DNA of 64,000 bases from Bdellovibrionales bacterium (GTDB lineage: Bacteria; Bdellovibrionota; Bdellovibrionia; Bdellovibrionales; UBA1609), in assembly GCA_965203095.1 (NCBI GenBank), contig OZ241877.1, positions 448,001 to 512,000 on the forward strand, in the 5' to 3' direction. The notes below the pieces were generated by a model. That model was not told the origin of the DNA and made no database searches. It saw only the letters and a list, made by a program, of their open reading frames with translations. The position numbers and the translations under genes are program-made. Shown here in pieces: positions 1 to 9,093 of the stretch; positions within the stretch are counted from its first letter, which is position 1; each line of letters begins with the position of its first letter.

Positions 1-142
1 TTTTACCCATATCCTTTTTTGCGACACGGACTGAAAACACAATAGCCCTCTCCTTTTGGCTTTCTATCACTTCCACCTGATCCGGCTCACTCACAAGCCT
101 TTTTACAAGAGCGGTCACAGTTTTTTGCAGTTCCATAATATT

Positions 143-376
143 CTAACTCATCTTGGCAAAAAGGCTTTTAACTCTCCGACTGGGCTGAGCACCCTTTTTC
201 AACCAAAATTCATATTTCTCCTTGTCTATTACAGCTTTGTTCTCTTTTGAAAGAGGATCAAAATATCCTATTTGCTCAATAAACCGACCTTGAGGGGCTT
301 TTCGAGAATCGGCCACTGCCAGCCGGTATTTGGCTCTGTTTTTAGCACCAACTCTCACTAATCGAATAACCACCAT
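143..376 (-). CDS. rpsP: 30S ribosomal protein S16
   Basis: MVVIRLVRVGAKNRAKYRLAVADSR..GRFIEQIGYFDP S16 signature. Confidence 0.97.
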   Translation of the reverse strand: MVVIRLVRVGAKNRAKYRLAVADSRKAPQGRFIEQIGYFDPLSKENKAVIDKEKYEFWLKKGAQPSRRVKSLFAKMS

Positions 377-451
377 AATTCCCTCTCCTCTTTTTTTAAA
401 AGTTTATAATATTAAATAATAGGGCCTTGTCAATAAAAAAACATTATTCTT

Positions 452-1561
452 CTAAAGGGCTAAAGTCTCTTCAATTTGCAGGCCATAGCCTTTTAGGCCA
501 ATTTTTTTCCCCGATCTGTTGGTGATGAGCCGGATACGGCGGATTCCTAAAGCTCTTAAAATTTGTGCCCCAATGCCATAGTCCCTCTCATCAGACTTCA
601 ATGGCCAAGGGCGACTTTCAGGTTCTGTTTTGTTTTTATGACATTGAGCAAACTTAGACAGGCTATTTTGCATCCGCAGATAAATCAGCAGGCCCTTGCC
701 CTCTTTGTTGATCAAATCAACAGCCTTTTTGAGATACTGACCTGTGGGAAAAAGCTGATCTTGAAACAGATCCCCTGTTAAACAAGAGGTTTGAACACGA
801 ACCAGAACTGGTTCCTTAGGCTGAATATCCCCTTTAACACAGGCCAAATGCTCTCTTTCGTTTACAGAATCATAAAAAACAGACAGATTCCAGCCTTCCC
901 CCATACTTGTTTGAAAGGGGGCTTTTACTCGCTCTTCAACTAAAGAATCATGGGCCAAACGATATTTTATAAGGGATTCAATAGAACCGATTTTTAAGCC
1001 ATGTTTTTTGGCAAAAGCCCAAAGCTCAGGGATGCGGGCCATTGTGCCATCAGGATTGACAATCTCACAAATCACAGCAGAAGGATTCAATCCGGCCAGT
1101 TTGCAAAAATCCACACTGGCTTCCGTATGTCCTGCTCTTTTTAAAACCCCTCCTTTTTGAGCACGAATAGGAAAAATATGCCCCGGACGAATCACATCCT
1201 CTGGCCGGGCTCTCGGATTACAAAGTGTTTTTACAGTTTGGGCCCGATCGGCTGAGGAAATGCCTGTAGAAACCCCTTTCGCGGCCTCCACACTGACGGT
1301 AAAGGCCGTTCGATGAGGGGAGAAGTTATCCTCTTCCCTCACCATTAAACCTAAGGATAGCCTTTTGGCTTGCTCTGAGTTAATGGAAACACAAATAAGC
1401 CCTCTGGCCTCAACAGCCATAAAATTTATAGCGGAAGGGCTGATAAAATCAGAGGCGATCATCAGATCCCCTTCGTTTTCCCGATTCTCATCATCTACCA
1501 GTATGACAAAACGGCCCTTTTTCAGATCTTCTAAAATCTCTTCAACGGAATGAAATGGCAT
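452..1561 (-). CDS. ribB: DHBP synthase fused to a degenerate GTP cyclohydrolase II-like domain (RibBX-type)
   Basis: VDDENRENEGDL, TAFTVSV, GVSTGISSADR and RAGHTEA RibB motifs. The C-terminal RibA-like part lacks the CDC zinc ligands. Start taken at MPFHS (1561); the ORF extends to 1585. Confidence 0.92.
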   Translation of the reverse strand: MPFHSVEEILEDLKKGRFVILVDDENRENEGDLMIASDFISPSAINFMAVEARGLICVSINSEQAKRLSLGLMVREEDNFSPHRTAFTVSVEAAKGVSTGISSADRAQTVKTLCNPRARPEDVIRPGHIFPIRAQKGGVLKRAGHTEASVDFCKLAGLNPSAVICEIVNPDGTMARIPELWAFAKKHGLKIGSIESLIKYRLAHDSLVEERVKAPFQTSMGEGWNLSVFYDSVNEREHLACVKGDIQPKEPVLVRVQTSCLTGDLFQDQLFPTGQYLKKAVDLINKEGKGLLIYLRMQNSLSKFAQCHKNKTEPESRPWPLKSDERDYGIGAQILRALGIRRIRLITNRSGKKIGLKGYGLQIEETLAL

Positions 1562-1581
1562 TACCCTAAAAACCTTTGCTC

Positions 1582-2007
1582 TCACTCAGCATTTTTTTTG
1601 ATCTGCTGTATCTCCTCATCATCCTCAATTAAAATATCACTTTTAGAGCGAGACTCTTTTGGATTTTCTTTTCGTACCATTTTTAAAAAATGATGGGATA
1701 CGCGGTCCTGATGGGCCTTCACCTCCTGTTCAGAAAGATCAATCACCACATCACCAAAACAGTAAAGTTGGCAAGCCAAGCGTCTTTGATCGATATAATG
1801 CCCTTGCCCTATAAGCTTAAGCTCCTTAGCTGAAGGCAATATCAAATTGCTTTCCCCCTCTTTAATAAAAACCCGACAGTCCCCACAACTGCACATCCCA
1901 TTGCATGAGGATTGAATGTTCAAGCCTAACTCCCGGCTGATATCTAAAACTGTTTTTTCAGGATAAATATCTGCTGAAATATTTTGAGGCATAAATTTAA
2001 GTTTCAT
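1582..2007 (-). CDS. 2Fe-2S ferredoxin-type protein
   Basis: C-x5-C-x2-C (CNGMCSCGDC) plus RLACQ motif. Confidence 0.88.
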   Translation of the reverse strand: MKLKFMPQNISADIYPEKTVLDISRELGLNIQSSCNGMCSCGDCRVFIKEGESNLILPSAKELKLIGQGHYIDQRRLACQLYCFGDVVIDLSEQEVKAHQDRVSHHFLKMVRKENPKESRSKSDILIEDDEEIQQIKKNAE

Positions 2008-2197
2008 TATAAAGCCTTGTTTAAGTCAAATTATGTAAAAAATTTAAACCCCTAAGCTTTTTGTCAAAAAAAGAACAAGTCTTTCTTAAGCAAACAATTT
2101 AAAAAAGCCAAAAGCTCAAACAAAGGCAATATAAAGGATCCTGCCCAAGGATTCAAGTCCCTCATGAGCTTTTTTCCACTTTCTTTTCAAATAAACC

Positions 2198-2227
2198 CTG
2201 AGATTCCCGCTTTTGCAGGAGTCTCAG
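2198..2227. repeat. REP-like palindromic element
   Basis: CTGAGATTCCCGCTTTTGCAGGAGTCTCAG, an inverted member of the TCCCG-N-CGGGAATCCAG family, downstream of mfd. Confidence 0.55.
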
Positions 2228-2239
2228 GCCCCATCTATG

Positions 2240-5200
2240 TTAGCTGAGTTGGCACAATATTTTTTCCACATCTTCCATAAAGCCATTGCCACTTAAAGGG
2301 ATTTTGCAGTTTTGAGGGCTAAGCATTTGCCCTTTATAATCTTCTATTAGTTTTAAAATCTTTTCAGGAGATACTGAGGTTTTTTCATGCCAACTCAAAT
2401 AAAGATTTTCCCCAGCAATTTTAAAATCCCTTATAAGGAGTTTTTTGCAAAAATCCCTAATCTTTAAAAGGAAAAACAGATGGTTCAGCTCAATGGGAAT
2501 GGGGCCAAAGTCTTCCAGTAGATCCCTTTCAATATTTTGACGAGCGGGCTCCTCAGCTTCTGAGAGGCTCTTGTAATAAAGCAATCTTAAACGAGGGTCA
2601 GGAATATAATTTGAGGGGATATGGCTATCAAAGGGAAGAGAGATTTCCGGTTCTATAACAATCTTTTTTTGATCTCTTAACTGCTCATTTAAAATTTCAA
2701 AATAAAGCTCTTCCCCCAGGTTTTGCAGATGGCCACTCTGCTCAGATCCAAAAAGAGATCCGGCCCCGCGATTTTCTAAATCCTTTAGTGCTAACTGGAA
2801 AGAAAGCCCCAATCCGGCATATTTTTCCAAAAGGCTCAGTCGCTCTTTAGCCAAAACCGAAAGGCGATCTTTTGCCGGGAAAAGCAAGTAGCAGTAAGCC
2901 TCCTCCTGGCCTCGCCCCACACGGCCCTTAAGCTGATAGATCTGACTGAGGCCCATTTCATGAGCTCTGTCAATAAATAAAGTGTTGGCTTGGGGAAGAT
3001 CCATTCCTGATTCAATAATGTTTGTGGATACCAACATATCATATTTTTTCTCAAAAAAATCCAGCATGATTTTATCTAAACCCGGTGATTGCCCTTGAGC
3101 TGTCACTATCCGAAAATGAGGGAGCCGGCTTTGCAACTGCTCTAACCTCTGAAATAAAGTTTTTATCCGATTATGGACAAAAAGGATCTGGCCCCCACGA
3201 GCTTTTTCTTTTTTGCAAGCCCTGATTATATCATCCATAGAAGTCCAAGTCTTTAAAATGATCTGAACTGGTTTTCTTTTAGGAGGAGGCTCGGATATCA
3301 CACTGATATCTTTAATCCCTGTTAAAGCCATATTTAAAGTCCTCGGAATAGGAGTTGCAGAAAGGGATAAAACATCTAAATTTTTCCAAGATCGTAAAAG
3401 TCTCTCCTTTTGCCGGACTCCAAAGCGATGCTCTTCATCCACAACTAAAAGTCTTAAGTTTTTAAAAAACAATTTTGAGCTAAAAACAGAGTGAGTGGCT
3501 ATAAGAAGATCAACTCTCCCCGTTTTCACTTCCTGAAAAAGCTTTTCCCTTTGCTTTAAAGAGCTAAAGCGACTGAGCAAAGCCAACTCAAAAGGATAAT
3601 CTTTAAATCTCTGTTGGAAATTTTTAAAATGCTGTAATGCCAAAACCGTTGTAGGGGCTAAAAGGCAGACCTGAAAACCATTTTCCAAAGCTCTAAAAAT
3701 GGCTCTTAAAGCCACCTCTGTTTTTCCAAAACCAGTGTCTCCTGCAAGCAATCGATCCATAGGCTGGGGGCTATCCATATCCGCCATGATTTCCTGAATG
3801 GCACGGCTTTGATCCTTTGTCTCTTTCCAAAGGAATTTTTTGGCAAAACAGGCCAGAGCCTCTTGAACTTTGGCAAAAGGCGGGCGGGTTTTTTGTTTTC
3901 GCATTTTGTAAATTTCCATCAGTTCAATAGCTAAACTTTGAATATGTTTTTTGGCCTTACTCTTTTTTCTCTCCCAGGATTGTGGCCGGCCCAACTGATC
4001 GAGCAAAGTTTTAGAAATAGCTGATCCTCTTTTTCGTGCATAACATTTTACCTGAGAGGCCCTGTAGGCGGGAACAAATAGTTGATCCCCAGCTTTGTAT
4101 TTGAGAACAATAAAATCCTCAAATTGGCCTTGCAGGGGAAGACTTTTTAAACCCACAAACTCCCCTACCCCATACTGAATATGGACTAAAAGATCCCCTT
4201 CCTCTAACTGAGAAAACTCTATAGCTCTCGCTTTTTGCCGGAAAAAGTCAAAATGGCGGGATGAGTGATCTTTTTTTGGTAAAAGGCTTAAGGCTTGCAA
4301 ATAAGCTGTCTCTCCTGGACAAAAAAAGCTTTCTCTCAAATGGCCTTTAAGGAAAATCAAATTTTTCCCACAAAAAAAATCTTCATCTTCTGGATTTAAA
4401 ATCTGCTCTTTTAACAATAGTTTTTTCAATTCATCCTGAGACTCTCCCACAAACACAATATGACGAGCGGGAAGATTTAAAAGATCTTCCCTCAAACATT
4501 CGGTCTTTTTAAACAGAGAAGAGGAAAAGCTTTTCAAAAAAGAGGGCTTTTGCCTTTCAGATGAATCTTTTTTTAGGGAAAAAGCCCTTAAATTTATCAC
4601 CTGATTTTGTTGGGCGGAAAAGCGACTATCCTTTTGATACTGGACTATTTTTTTCTCAAAATAGTTAAAGTCCAAAAAAATATTTTCTGTATGGATAGGA
4701 GATTGTTCCTTCTCCCAAAGGATCCGCTCTTCCATAAACTGAGCTTTAGCCTTTTCTGGCTCAAAAAACCATAATTGAGGCGGATCTAAAAAACAGTCCA
4801 AGGAGCAGGTTTTATCCCAATAGTTGAGAAAAACCTCAAAGCCTTCGGGCCTATTCCCTCTGGCTACAGATTTAAAAAAACCATAAGGTAAAGCCGGCTC
4901 TAATCCTTTAAAATGCTGGCAAAGCTTTTTTCTGTCCTCAACTGTCCAGCTCCATTCATAAAGAGGGGGGATGAGGGCCTTTTCCATCTCTATTTGTCTT
5001 TTTTTAAAAAGCTTATCCAACAGATGGATGGACTGCACTTTTGAGCCAACAAGCTCTATCCTTAAAGGCGTTTTATAAGCGGGAGAGTATATGTCCATCA
5101 AAAAGCCTCTGATAGAAAAATCACCGGGCCTCTCCACAAAGGCCCTTTCCCTATAAGTAATTAGAGCTGACATATCAAAACTCTGATCTTTTTTGATGAC

Positions 5201-5593
5201 ATAAGTTTTCAAAAAGCTGTTTGTTTTTTTGAGAAGAGCGGGAACTGTAGATAAAAACAAAGCAGGCTCAGAGCTTTTGGCCTGAGTTTGCCATTTTCTC
5301 CTCTCCCATAAGATCTTATCTGTGCCAGGTGAGCGGGGCTGAGGGAATGGAGGCAGGACATACCAAGGAAGAGGAGGGTTTTTAAACTGCAAAAAAGATT
5401 GGAGTTTTTTGAGATCGGAACTTTCTGCCACAATAAGATGTTTTAAGTGAGAAAGACTTTTCTTCTCAAAAATAAGGGCCAGACTGGATATGGCCTCTAC
5501 ACCGGACATTTCTAAAGAAGAATGGGAAGAGGAGCTTTTCATCCTTTTTGCTCTTAACACAGAGCTTGTGGCTTTAAAAGCCTCTTCTGTCAA
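2240..5593 (-). CDS. mfd: Transcription-repair coupling factor
   Basis: CarD-like LVHIQYGVGEF, MDRLLAGDTGFGKTEVA, VVDEEHRFGV, SATPIPRTL, QLKGRVGR and C-terminal TRCF domain. Start uncertain. Confidence 0.96.
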   Translation of the reverse strand: MTEEAFKATSSVLRAKRMKSSSSHSSLEMSGVEAISSLALIFEKKSLSHLKHLIVAESSDLKKLQSFLQFKNPPLPWYVLPPFPQPRSPGTDKILWERRKWQTQAKSSEPALFLSTVPALLKKTNSFLKTYVIKKDQSFDMSALITYRERAFVERPGDFSIRGFLMDIYSPAYKTPLRIELVGSKVQSIHLLDKLFKKRQIEMEKALIPPLYEWSWTVEDRKKLCQHFKGLEPALPYGFFKSVARGNRPEGFEVFLNYWDKTCSLDCFLDPPQLWFFEPEKAKAQFMEERILWEKEQSPIHTENIFLDFNYFEKKIVQYQKDSRFSAQQNQVINLRAFSLKKDSSERQKPSFLKSFSSSLFKKTECLREDLLNLPARHIVFVGESQDELKKLLLKEQILNPEDEDFFCGKNLIFLKGHLRESFFCPGETAYLQALSLLPKKDHSSRHFDFFRQKARAIEFSQLEEGDLLVHIQYGVGEFVGLKSLPLQGQFEDFIVLKYKAGDQLFVPAYRASQVKCYARKRGSAISKTLLDQLGRPQSWERKKSKAKKHIQSLAIELMEIYKMRKQKTRPPFAKVQEALACFAKKFLWKETKDQSRAIQEIMADMDSPQPMDRLLAGDTGFGKTEVALRAIFRALENGFQVCLLAPTTVLALQHFKNFQQRFKDYPFELALLSRFSSLKQREKLFQEVKTGRVDLLIATHSVFSSKLFFKNLRLLVVDEEHRFGVRQKERLLRSWKNLDVLSLSATPIPRTLNMALTGIKDISVISEPPPKRKPVQIILKTWTSMDDIIRACKKEKARGGQILFVHNRIKTLFQRLEQLQSRLPHFRIVTAQGQSPGLDKIMLDFFEKKYDMLVSTNIIESGMDLPQANTLFIDRAHEMGLSQIYQLKGRVGRGQEEAYCYLLFPAKDRLSVLAKERLSLLEKYAGLGLSFQLALKDLENRGAGSLFGSEQSGHLQNLGEELYFEILNEQLRDQKKIVIEPEISLPFDSHIPSNYIPDPRLRLLYYKSLSEAEEPARQNIERDLLEDFGPIPIELNHLFFLLKIRDFCKKLLIRDFKIAGENLYLSWHEKTSVSPEKILKLIEDYKGQMLSPQNCKIPLSGNGFMEDVEKILCQLS

Positions 5594-5667
5594 AACAACT
5601 GTATTCTGTCAAAAAAATAGATATTAATAGTTTTCAGATCTGTCCATTTCGGTTAAATAAAATCATA

Positions 5668-7128
5668 ATGGATCGGTTGCTCTCTAAGTCACAAAGCCAA
5701 AAATTAGATGAAAAGGCCTCTTTTTACGGTCTTTCTCCAGGAAAACTTATGGAAAAGGCCGGGTTTAAGGTTGCTGAGTGGCTTTTAAAAGAGTTCCCAC
5801 CCCCTCATTCTTTTGCCCTTTTTTGTGGCCCAGGCCATAACGGGGGAGATGCTTTTGTGACGGCTGTTTATCTTAAAAAGGCCGGGCGGGAGGTGGAGCT
5901 TTTTTCTTCTGAAGTGAGCAGTCCCCTTTCAAAGCAAAAAAAGAAAAAAGCCCAATCCCTTGGCATAAAAATAAAAAGCCTTAATGCCTGGGAAAAGCAA
6001 AAAGGGCAAGTCTTGATTGACGCTCTTTTTGGAGTGGGGCTATCCCGCCCTTTAGAGGGGCTTTTTAAAGATTTGGTTTTAAAAATCAGTCAGAGTCATC
6101 TCCCGGTTGTATCCTTGGATATTCCTTCCGGGCTTTGCACTGATACTGGTAAAATTTTAGGGCTGGCCATAAAAGCTAAGGCCACTTTAACTTTTGCCTT
6201 AGCCAAACCGGGCCTTTATCTAAATGAGGGGCCAGAACATGCAGGGCAAATTGTTATTTTGCCCATTGGTTTTCCTGAAGAGCTTTTAAACCGGGTAGCC
6301 CATTCCCTCTTTTTAGTTCAAAAACAGGATGTTCGCCCCTTTATCCCCTCTTACAAAAACACAGCCAATAAAAGCCACAGGGGTTGGTCCCTGATTATTG
6401 CTGGAAGTAAGGGAATGTGGGGTGCCGGGCTATTGGCCTGCCGTTCAGCTTATGTTGTGGGGAGTGGTTATGTGACATGGGCAGGAGAACATTATCCCTA
6501 TGAAAAAAGCTTAAAAATACCAGAAGCTTTGCTCAGCCGTTTGGACTCCACTAAACTTTTTTATAAAAAGACAGCTGTAGGTGCCGGGCCAGGGTTAGGC
6601 TTTTCTCAAGCTGTAGTGAATTTTTTAAAACAGTTGACAAAGCAAAATCTTCCCACAGTTTTAGATGCCGATGTTTTAAGCCTTTTAGCTCAAAAAAAAC
6701 TTCCACCACTAAATAAAAATTTTTTACTCACACCTCATGCGGGTGAGCTTTCCCGCCTTTTAGATATCCCCTCTCATAAATTGGAGAGGGATCGCCTGCT
6801 TTATGCAAGGCAAGGGGCTAAAAAATACAACTCTTGGCTTTTGTTTAAAGGTTTTCACCCTGTCCTCTCCAATGGGGAAAAATGCTGGATCCTCCACACC
6901 GGAAACTCCGCCTTAGGCAAGGCGGGAACTGGGGATGTTTTGACGGGGATCCTCACCAGCCTTATGGCCCAGGGTCTATCTCTCTTTAAGGCCAGTCTCT
7001 TGGGGACTTTTCTTCAAGGGGAAAGTGCCCGGCTTTGGATAAAAGAGGGGAAAGATATCAACTCCCTTTCTGCAAGCGATATAGTTAAGGCATTGCCCTT
7101 TGTGATAAAACAGCTCCGGCCCCCTTGA
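5668..7128 (+). CDS. nnr: Bifunctional NAD(P)H-hydrate epimerase/dehydratase
   Basis: LMEKAG, GPGHNGGDA, DALFGVG, DIPSG, LTPHAGE and AGTGDVLTG motifs. Confidence 0.95.
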   Translation: MDRLLSKSQSQKLDEKASFYGLSPGKLMEKAGFKVAEWLLKEFPPPHSFALFCGPGHNGGDAFVTAVYLKKAGREVELFSSEVSSPLSKQKKKKAQSLGIKIKSLNAWEKQKGQVLIDALFGVGLSRPLEGLFKDLVLKISQSHLPVVSLDIPSGLCTDTGKILGLAIKAKATLTFALAKPGLYLNEGPEHAGQIVILPIGFPEELLNRVAHSLFLVQKQDVRPFIPSYKNTANKSHRGWSLIIAGSKGMWGAGLLACRSAYVVGSGYVTWAGEHYPYEKSLKIPEALLSRLDSTKLFYKKTAVGAGPGLGFSQAVVNFLKQLTKQNLPTVLDADVLSLLAQKKLPPLNKNFLLTPHAGELSRLLDIPSHKLERDRLLYARQGAKKYNSWLLFKGFHPVLSNGEKCWILHTGNSALGKAGTGDVLTGILTSLMAQGLSLFKASLLGTFLQGESARLWIKEGKDINSLSASDIVKALPFVIKQLRPP

Positions 7129-7153
7129 CAAATCTTATAAAATCTGTTAAAAA
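7125..7153 (+). promoter_or_regulatory. sigma70-type promoter
   Basis: TTGACA-17-TAAAAT ending 6 nt before ATG 7160. Confidence 0.6.
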
Positions 7154-7159
7154 TAAGGA

Positions 7160-7798
7160 ATGAAAAATATCCCTTTTTGTGTGATTTTGTTTTTAACTGG
7201 TTTTACCCCATTAGCCAATAGCAACCAAAAATCTGAGAAGGAGAAAGCCTCTTCTTCCAAAAAAAATCAAATAAAAGAATACCTTTGGAAAGGGGGTTCT
7301 AATAAAAAACCTATCGAGATCCTTTTCACTTGCAAAACCACAGGCCCACTAAAAGTGATTTTAACTGACCCAGAACAAACGGGAAATAAGCCAGGTGAAA
7401 CAGCTCTTATCCGGATGAGAACAGGCAATGTCCCCCCTTCTGGAAATGGGTATGTAGAATTTATTCACACAGGCCAGTTTTTAAAAAAAGGAGAAACAAC
7501 CAGTATAAGTTTGAGCACTGTTCCCCGCTTTATAAGAGAGTTGGAAGTATTACAAACTCAAACTATTAAAAATAAGGAAGTATCTATAAAGGAGTATATG
7601 GAAAAAATCACTTATTGTGAACAATTACCGAAGATAAAACGGTATAGATGCCATATATCCTCCAGTCGTTATCAAGTGGCTGAACCGAATATACTATTAT
7701 GGACCACTTCTGAAAGATGGGAAAAAGCCAGATCATACTCTATATTTAATCCCCATGAAATAGGAAACCTCACAAAGCTTTCTTGCTATTCTCATTAG
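7160..7798 (+). CDS. Hypothetical secreted protein
   Basis: 212-aa ORF with an N-terminal signal peptide, an upstream promoter and a downstream hairpin; no recognised motif. Confidence 0.75.
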   Translation: MKNIPFCVILFLTGFTPLANSNQKSEKEKASSSKKNQIKEYLWKGGSNKKPIEILFTCKTTGPLKVILTDPEQTGNKPGETALIRMRTGNVPPSGNGYVEFIHTGQFLKKGETTSISLSTVPRFIRELEVLQTQTIKNKEVSIKEYMEKITYCEQLPKIKRYRCHISSSRYQVAEPNILLWTTSERWEKARSYSIFNPHEIGNLTKLSCYSH

Positions 7799-7807
7799 TT
7801 GTATCGG

Positions 7808-7836
7808 GAAAAACAGGAAAATTTTTCCTGTTTTTT
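7808..7836 (+). terminator. Probable intrinsic terminator
   Basis: AAAAACAGGAAAATTTTTCCTGTTTTTT inverted repeat followed by T runs. Confidence 0.5.
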
Positions 7837-7935
7837 GTTTTTTTAGTCAATCCCCCATGTTCTGTTTGATTTTTTTATGGAGTTTGTGCTATACATTGCT
7901 TTGTTGGTTATTTTTTATTTCTGAAGGAGGGATTT

Positions 7936-8277
7936 ATGCCTAAGTTTTTCTTTATTTTTCTTTTTTTGATTTTTACAGGAGCTGTTTATGCCCACTATGA
8001 TCCCTATCATGCCCCTGTGCCAAATGTTTGCCCTTACAATTATGGTGCCACCTGTTTGACTACAACTGGCAAAACCTGCTCTCAGTTTGCCATAGATTAT
8101 AATCCTACTTGGTTTTCATCCTGTCAAATTTACGGTTCTTTCTTTTTTTGTATTAATGTGCCCACACTGCCTCAACCTGTAGTTCAAAATGTTTGCTATC
8201 CTCAAGGTTCTATTTGTGCCTGCTCTTTTGGCCATTGGGGTGGCTTTTATCGGTATGAAACAGGATTTATTTATTAA
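7936..8277 (+). CDS. Small cysteine-rich secreted protein
   Basis: AGGAGG RBS, signal peptide ending VYA, 8 Cys in the mature part. Confidence 0.8.
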   Translation: MPKFFFIFLFLIFTGAVYAHYDPYHAPVPNVCPYNYGATCLTTTGKTCSQFAIDYNPTWFSSCQIYGSFFFCINVPTLPQPVVQNVCYPQGSICACSFGHWGGFYRYETGFIY

Positions 8278-8334
8278 AGATGAAAGTTTTTTAAATTCTA
8301 TCTGTTGCCATATCACTCATTGAAATCTTGATTT

Positions 8335-9027
8335 TTACCCTGCTCTTTTCAGCCGGCGGATACGGGGGAGAAGTAATTTAAAAGTCGCTCCCTTAGCCCT
8401 TGGATTAGAAAAAGCAGTGAGCTTTCCACCATGGGCTATAGTTATAGCCCTGGCAATGCTTAAACCCAAACCAGTGTTTTTTATGCCTTTTTTTTCCTCC
8501 ACTGCGGTTTTGTAAAAATAGTCAAAAAGCCTTTTTTTGTCTGCAATTCCCTGCCCCTCATCCCTAACAGAGCAAACAAAAACCTGCCCCCTCAAGCCGT
8601 ATTCTATAAAAACAGTTCCTTTGGATGGTGAAAACTGAATGGCATTGGACAAAAGGTTAACCAACAAACGGACCATCCATGAAGAATCCATAAAAAGTTC
8701 TACAGGTTCTGCTGTTTTTTTAATATGAAAGCTTATATTTTCCTTTTGAGCTATCAGCTGAAGTGACCTACAAGCCTGATTGAGAGAAGGTTCAAAAGTA
8801 GACCATTTCCATTGGAACAGATCCTTTTTTTTCTGTATACTTCGTAAATCCAAATTGTCTGTAATAAAATCAGTCATCTTTTCCACCTCCTCTTTCATCA
8901 AATAGAGTAGGTGCTTATACTTTTCAAAATCTTTTTCTAAAAGGGATAGTCCTATTTTTAAAGAGCTGAGTGGGGTCTTCAACTCATGGCTAAATAAACT
9001 GATGTCGTCCATTTTCCAATTTTTCAT
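8335..9027 (-). CDS. Histidine kinase (HisKA + HATPase, no sensor domain)
   Basis: SHELKTPL H-box, NLLSNAIQF N-box, DEGQGI and TGLGLSI G-boxes. Confidence 0.92.
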   Translation of the reverse strand: MKNWKMDDISLFSHELKTPLSSLKIGLSLLEKDFEKYKHLLYLMKEEVEKMTDFITDNLDLRSIQKKKDLFQWKWSTFEPSLNQACRSLQLIAQKENISFHIKKTAEPVELFMDSSWMVRLLVNLLSNAIQFSPSKGTVFIEYGLRGQVFVCSVRDEGQGIADKKRLFDYFYKTAVEEKKGIKNTGLGLSIARAITIAHGGKLTAFSNPRAKGATFKLLLPRIRRLKRAG

Positions 9028-9093
9028 TTTCTTCCTCTGAGTTTGTCTTTTAAAAGACCTATCGGAAAAATATAACCAAAAATAAAATTTATT

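Noticed and set aside
56..250. Short ORFs antisense to or nested in housekeeping genes throughout the window
   Set aside because: No motifs or RBS, and they overlap well-supported genes
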